Source of the DNA: Acidimicrobiia bacterium | GTDB lineage: Bacteria > Actinomycetota > Acidimicrobiia > Acidimicrobiales > JANYDT01 | Length of the DNA stretch: 64,000 nucleotides | Reading direction: 5' to 3' | Assembly: GCA_031385545.1 (NCBI GenBank) | Contig: JANNBN010000130.1 | Span: 16,852-80,851, forward strand | Shown here: positions 63,754-64,000 of the stretch, piece by piece | Layout: each line of letters starts with the position of its first letter | How positions within the stretch are numbered: position 1 is the first letter of the stretch | Notes under the pieces: model-generated | Database searches by the model: none | Told to the model about the DNA's origin: nothing | The model's input: only the letters and a program-made list of their open reading frames with translations | Program-made: the position numbers and the translations under genes

Positions 63754-64000
63754 CGTGGGCCGCCTGGACCGGCACCACCGGCACCACCGGTACCGCCCCC
63801 GCCGATCCCACCGATCCCTCCACCCGCCCCGTTGACGACCTGACCGCGGCCTGTCTGCTGCGTCTGGCTGGTGGTCGCTTGCACAGCGGGGAGTGCGATG
63901 ACTGCACCTTCGTCGATGCCACTCCTGATCTCAGTGCCACCTTCGCCCTTCACCCCGGTTTCAACGGGCGTCGGTGTCGACTTTTTCGACGCTGCGTCGT
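63750..64000 (-). CDS. Partial CDS (C-terminal ~83 aa; continues past the right edge): efflux periplasmic adaptor-like protein with a Gly-rich tail
   Basis: The frame stays open from the window edge: ...TPTPVETGVKGEGGTEIRSGIDEGAVIALP... resembles the C-terminal beta-barrel/MPD end of MacA/HlyD-type adaptors. The tail GGGIGGIGGGGTGGAGGAGPGGP is encoded by short repeats. Confidence 0.5.
   Translation of the reverse strand, partial: DAASKKSTPTPVETGVKGEGGTEIRSGIDEGAVIALPAVQATTSQTQQTGRGQVVNGAGGGIGGIGGGGTGGAGGAGPGGPR

Overview
This is a high-GC (about two-thirds GC by eye), gene-dense chromosomal segment of Actinomycetota type. Most genes are on the minus strand. Many are translationally coupled through 4-nt ATGA or GTGA stop/start overlaps, which I used to trim over-long ORF-track starts.

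The housekeeping backbone is syntenic with the mycobacterial mfd / pth-rplY-prs-glmU / ispE-rsmA-tatD regions: mazG-like (partial), a parvulin PPIase lipoprotein, mfd, a histidine phosphatase, pth, a short L25, prs, a divergent glmU-like gene, tRNA-Gln(UUG), ispE, rsmA, tatD, rsmI, ychF, pepN and glmS. Two ribosomal micro-ORFs too short for the ORF track are present: bS22-like (33 aa) and bL37-like (28 aa). Two paralogous MtrA/MtrB-like two-component systems, each with a GerMN (LpqB-like) lipoprotein, bracket the ispE-rsmA-tatD block.

Accessory content:
- 27994-38571: an operon of GAF-GGDSF-EAL protein, PP-loop ATPase, MurD-like ligase and a fused full-length ABC exporter, divergent from a small membrane protein plus a processive GT2 synthase. 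This is my best candidate for an undescribed envelope system, and it may embed a MurD2/MurL-type route.
- 38875-39638: an orphan bicistronic cassette whose first protein has a WXG-hairpin-like layout, behind an AT-rich palindrome-rich promoter and closed by a hairpin.
- A DUF35 + SCP-x-type thiolase pair and a CHRD protein.
- A secreted FN3 protein next to a MoxR-DUF58-transglutaminase operon.
- About 50.5-53.4 kb: a lower-GC scar with a frameshifted enoyl-CoA hydratase pseudogene, a membrane ORF and a DUF222-HNH gene.
- A D-aminoacylase operon containing a truncated alpha/beta-hydrolase remnant.
- CorA, and a MacB-type ABC efflux cluster that runs off the right edge.

Two non-genic signals stand out. 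A dispersed CCAACGTTGG(TTGCTGAG) repeat family is confined to three intergenic regions, one of them expanded into a 21-nt tandem array. Many short tandem repeats, with units in multiples of 3 nt, sit exactly at CDS termini.

All functional calls come from motif recognition by eye. No database search was run.
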